In this document: one piece after another, positions 63,121 to 64,000 of the stretch
How the letters are laid out: every line of letters starts with the position of its first letter
Position numbering within the stretch: the stretch's first letter is position 1
NCBI RefSeq assembly: GCF_009914755.1
Contig: NC_060925.1
Strand: one strand, 5' to 3'
DNA length: 64,000 nt
From: the human T2T-CHM13v2.0 reference genome, Homo sapiens
Made by a program: the position numbers and the translations under genes
The notes under the pieces: generated by a model
Databases searched by the model: none
The model's input: only the letters and a program-made list of their open reading frames with translations
Told to the model about the DNA's origin: nothing

Positions 63121-63401
63121 GCCGGGCACAGTGGCTCATGCCTGTAATCCCAGCACTTTGGGAGACCGAGGTGTGAGACGAGCCTGGGCAACATGGCAAA
63201 ACTCCACCTCTACAAAAAATACAAAAGTTAGCCAGTTGTGGTGACACATGCCTGTGGTACCAGCTACTCAGGAAGCTGAGGTATGAGGATCAACTGAGCT
63301 CAAGAGGTCGAGGCTACAGTGAGCTGTAATTGTGCCACTGCACTCCAGCCTCGATGACAGAATGAGACCCGGTCTCCACAAAAAAAAAAAAAAAAAAAAA
63401 A
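63121..63401 (+). mobile_element. AluJ with left-arm internal deletion
   Basis: ggagaccgaggtgtgagacgagcctgggc lacks the ggatcac...ggagtt segment. Confidence 0.85.
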
Positions 63402-64000
63402 GCGTCTCATATGTATTCTTTCCTATGTTGCTTCATGTCAGGTTTTAGAATCAAGGTCATTCTAGTCTCATAAAATGACTTGGGCAATGGTCCTTCTTCT
63501 TCTATTATCTGGGGAAGTTTAAGTTTAGAATTACTTCTTCCTTAAATGATTCATGGAACTTGCATGAATTCAGCTCAATCTGGAAAAGTTATTACATGGT
63601 ATCTTAAAATGAGTAATACATTTACATGCTTTAAAAAATCAGAACAAAAATAAAAAGGCTCCCACTTATAAGTGTCACTCCCACTCCTGTCTACCCCATT
63701 CCCTCGACTACCTATTATTGTTACTGTATAAAAATACAAGTGTAAACAATATTTCTACCTACCTCTGTTTAACAAAAAAAAGACACACTTAAATACTATT
63801 CTGCATCTTATTTTATTCACTTTACAATACATTCTGGAGATCGCGCTACATAGGTACAGTGAACTTTCTTGACTGCAGCTACACGGTATTCTATTCTATC
63901 ACTATACCAATAGTTTATTCAACCGGTTGCCTAATGTCAGATATTTGGGTTGTGTTTCTCTTATTTTTTACACTTGAATTTTGATCCATCTGTGGTTTGT

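Overview
Human/hominid genomic DNA (AluY and L1PA2-type elements present) lying wholly inside the minus-strand gene CDC42BPA (MRCK-alpha kinase). Three kinase-domain exons are present (39485-39568, 25911-26006, 20122-20270; probably exons 3-5). The rest is intron filled with Alu, L1, L2/MIR, LTR and DNA-transposon relics. I see no proven new biological system, but four retrotransposon structures deserve follow-up. (1) An L1PA5/6-like element at 57.3-59.5 kb inserted into an Alu. Its 5'UTR lacks two segments at apparent GT-AG splice junctions, ORF1 is fused in frame to the ORF2 C-terminus, and its antisense ORF0 is extended to 106 aa. (2) A decayed full-length cathepsin B (CTSB) retrocopy about 0.9 kb downstream on the + strand, with a candidate acceptor in frame with the ORF0 splice donor. 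(3) A triple-nested L1 at 33.1-36.7 kb that creates a chimeric 640-aa endonuclease-less reverse-transcriptase ORF with all three catalytic aspartates. (4) An LTR9-like solo LTR with three octamers, one in a SOX-OCT-like composite. Repeat family names and consensus comparisons come from recall and need RepeatMasker/Dfam confirmation.
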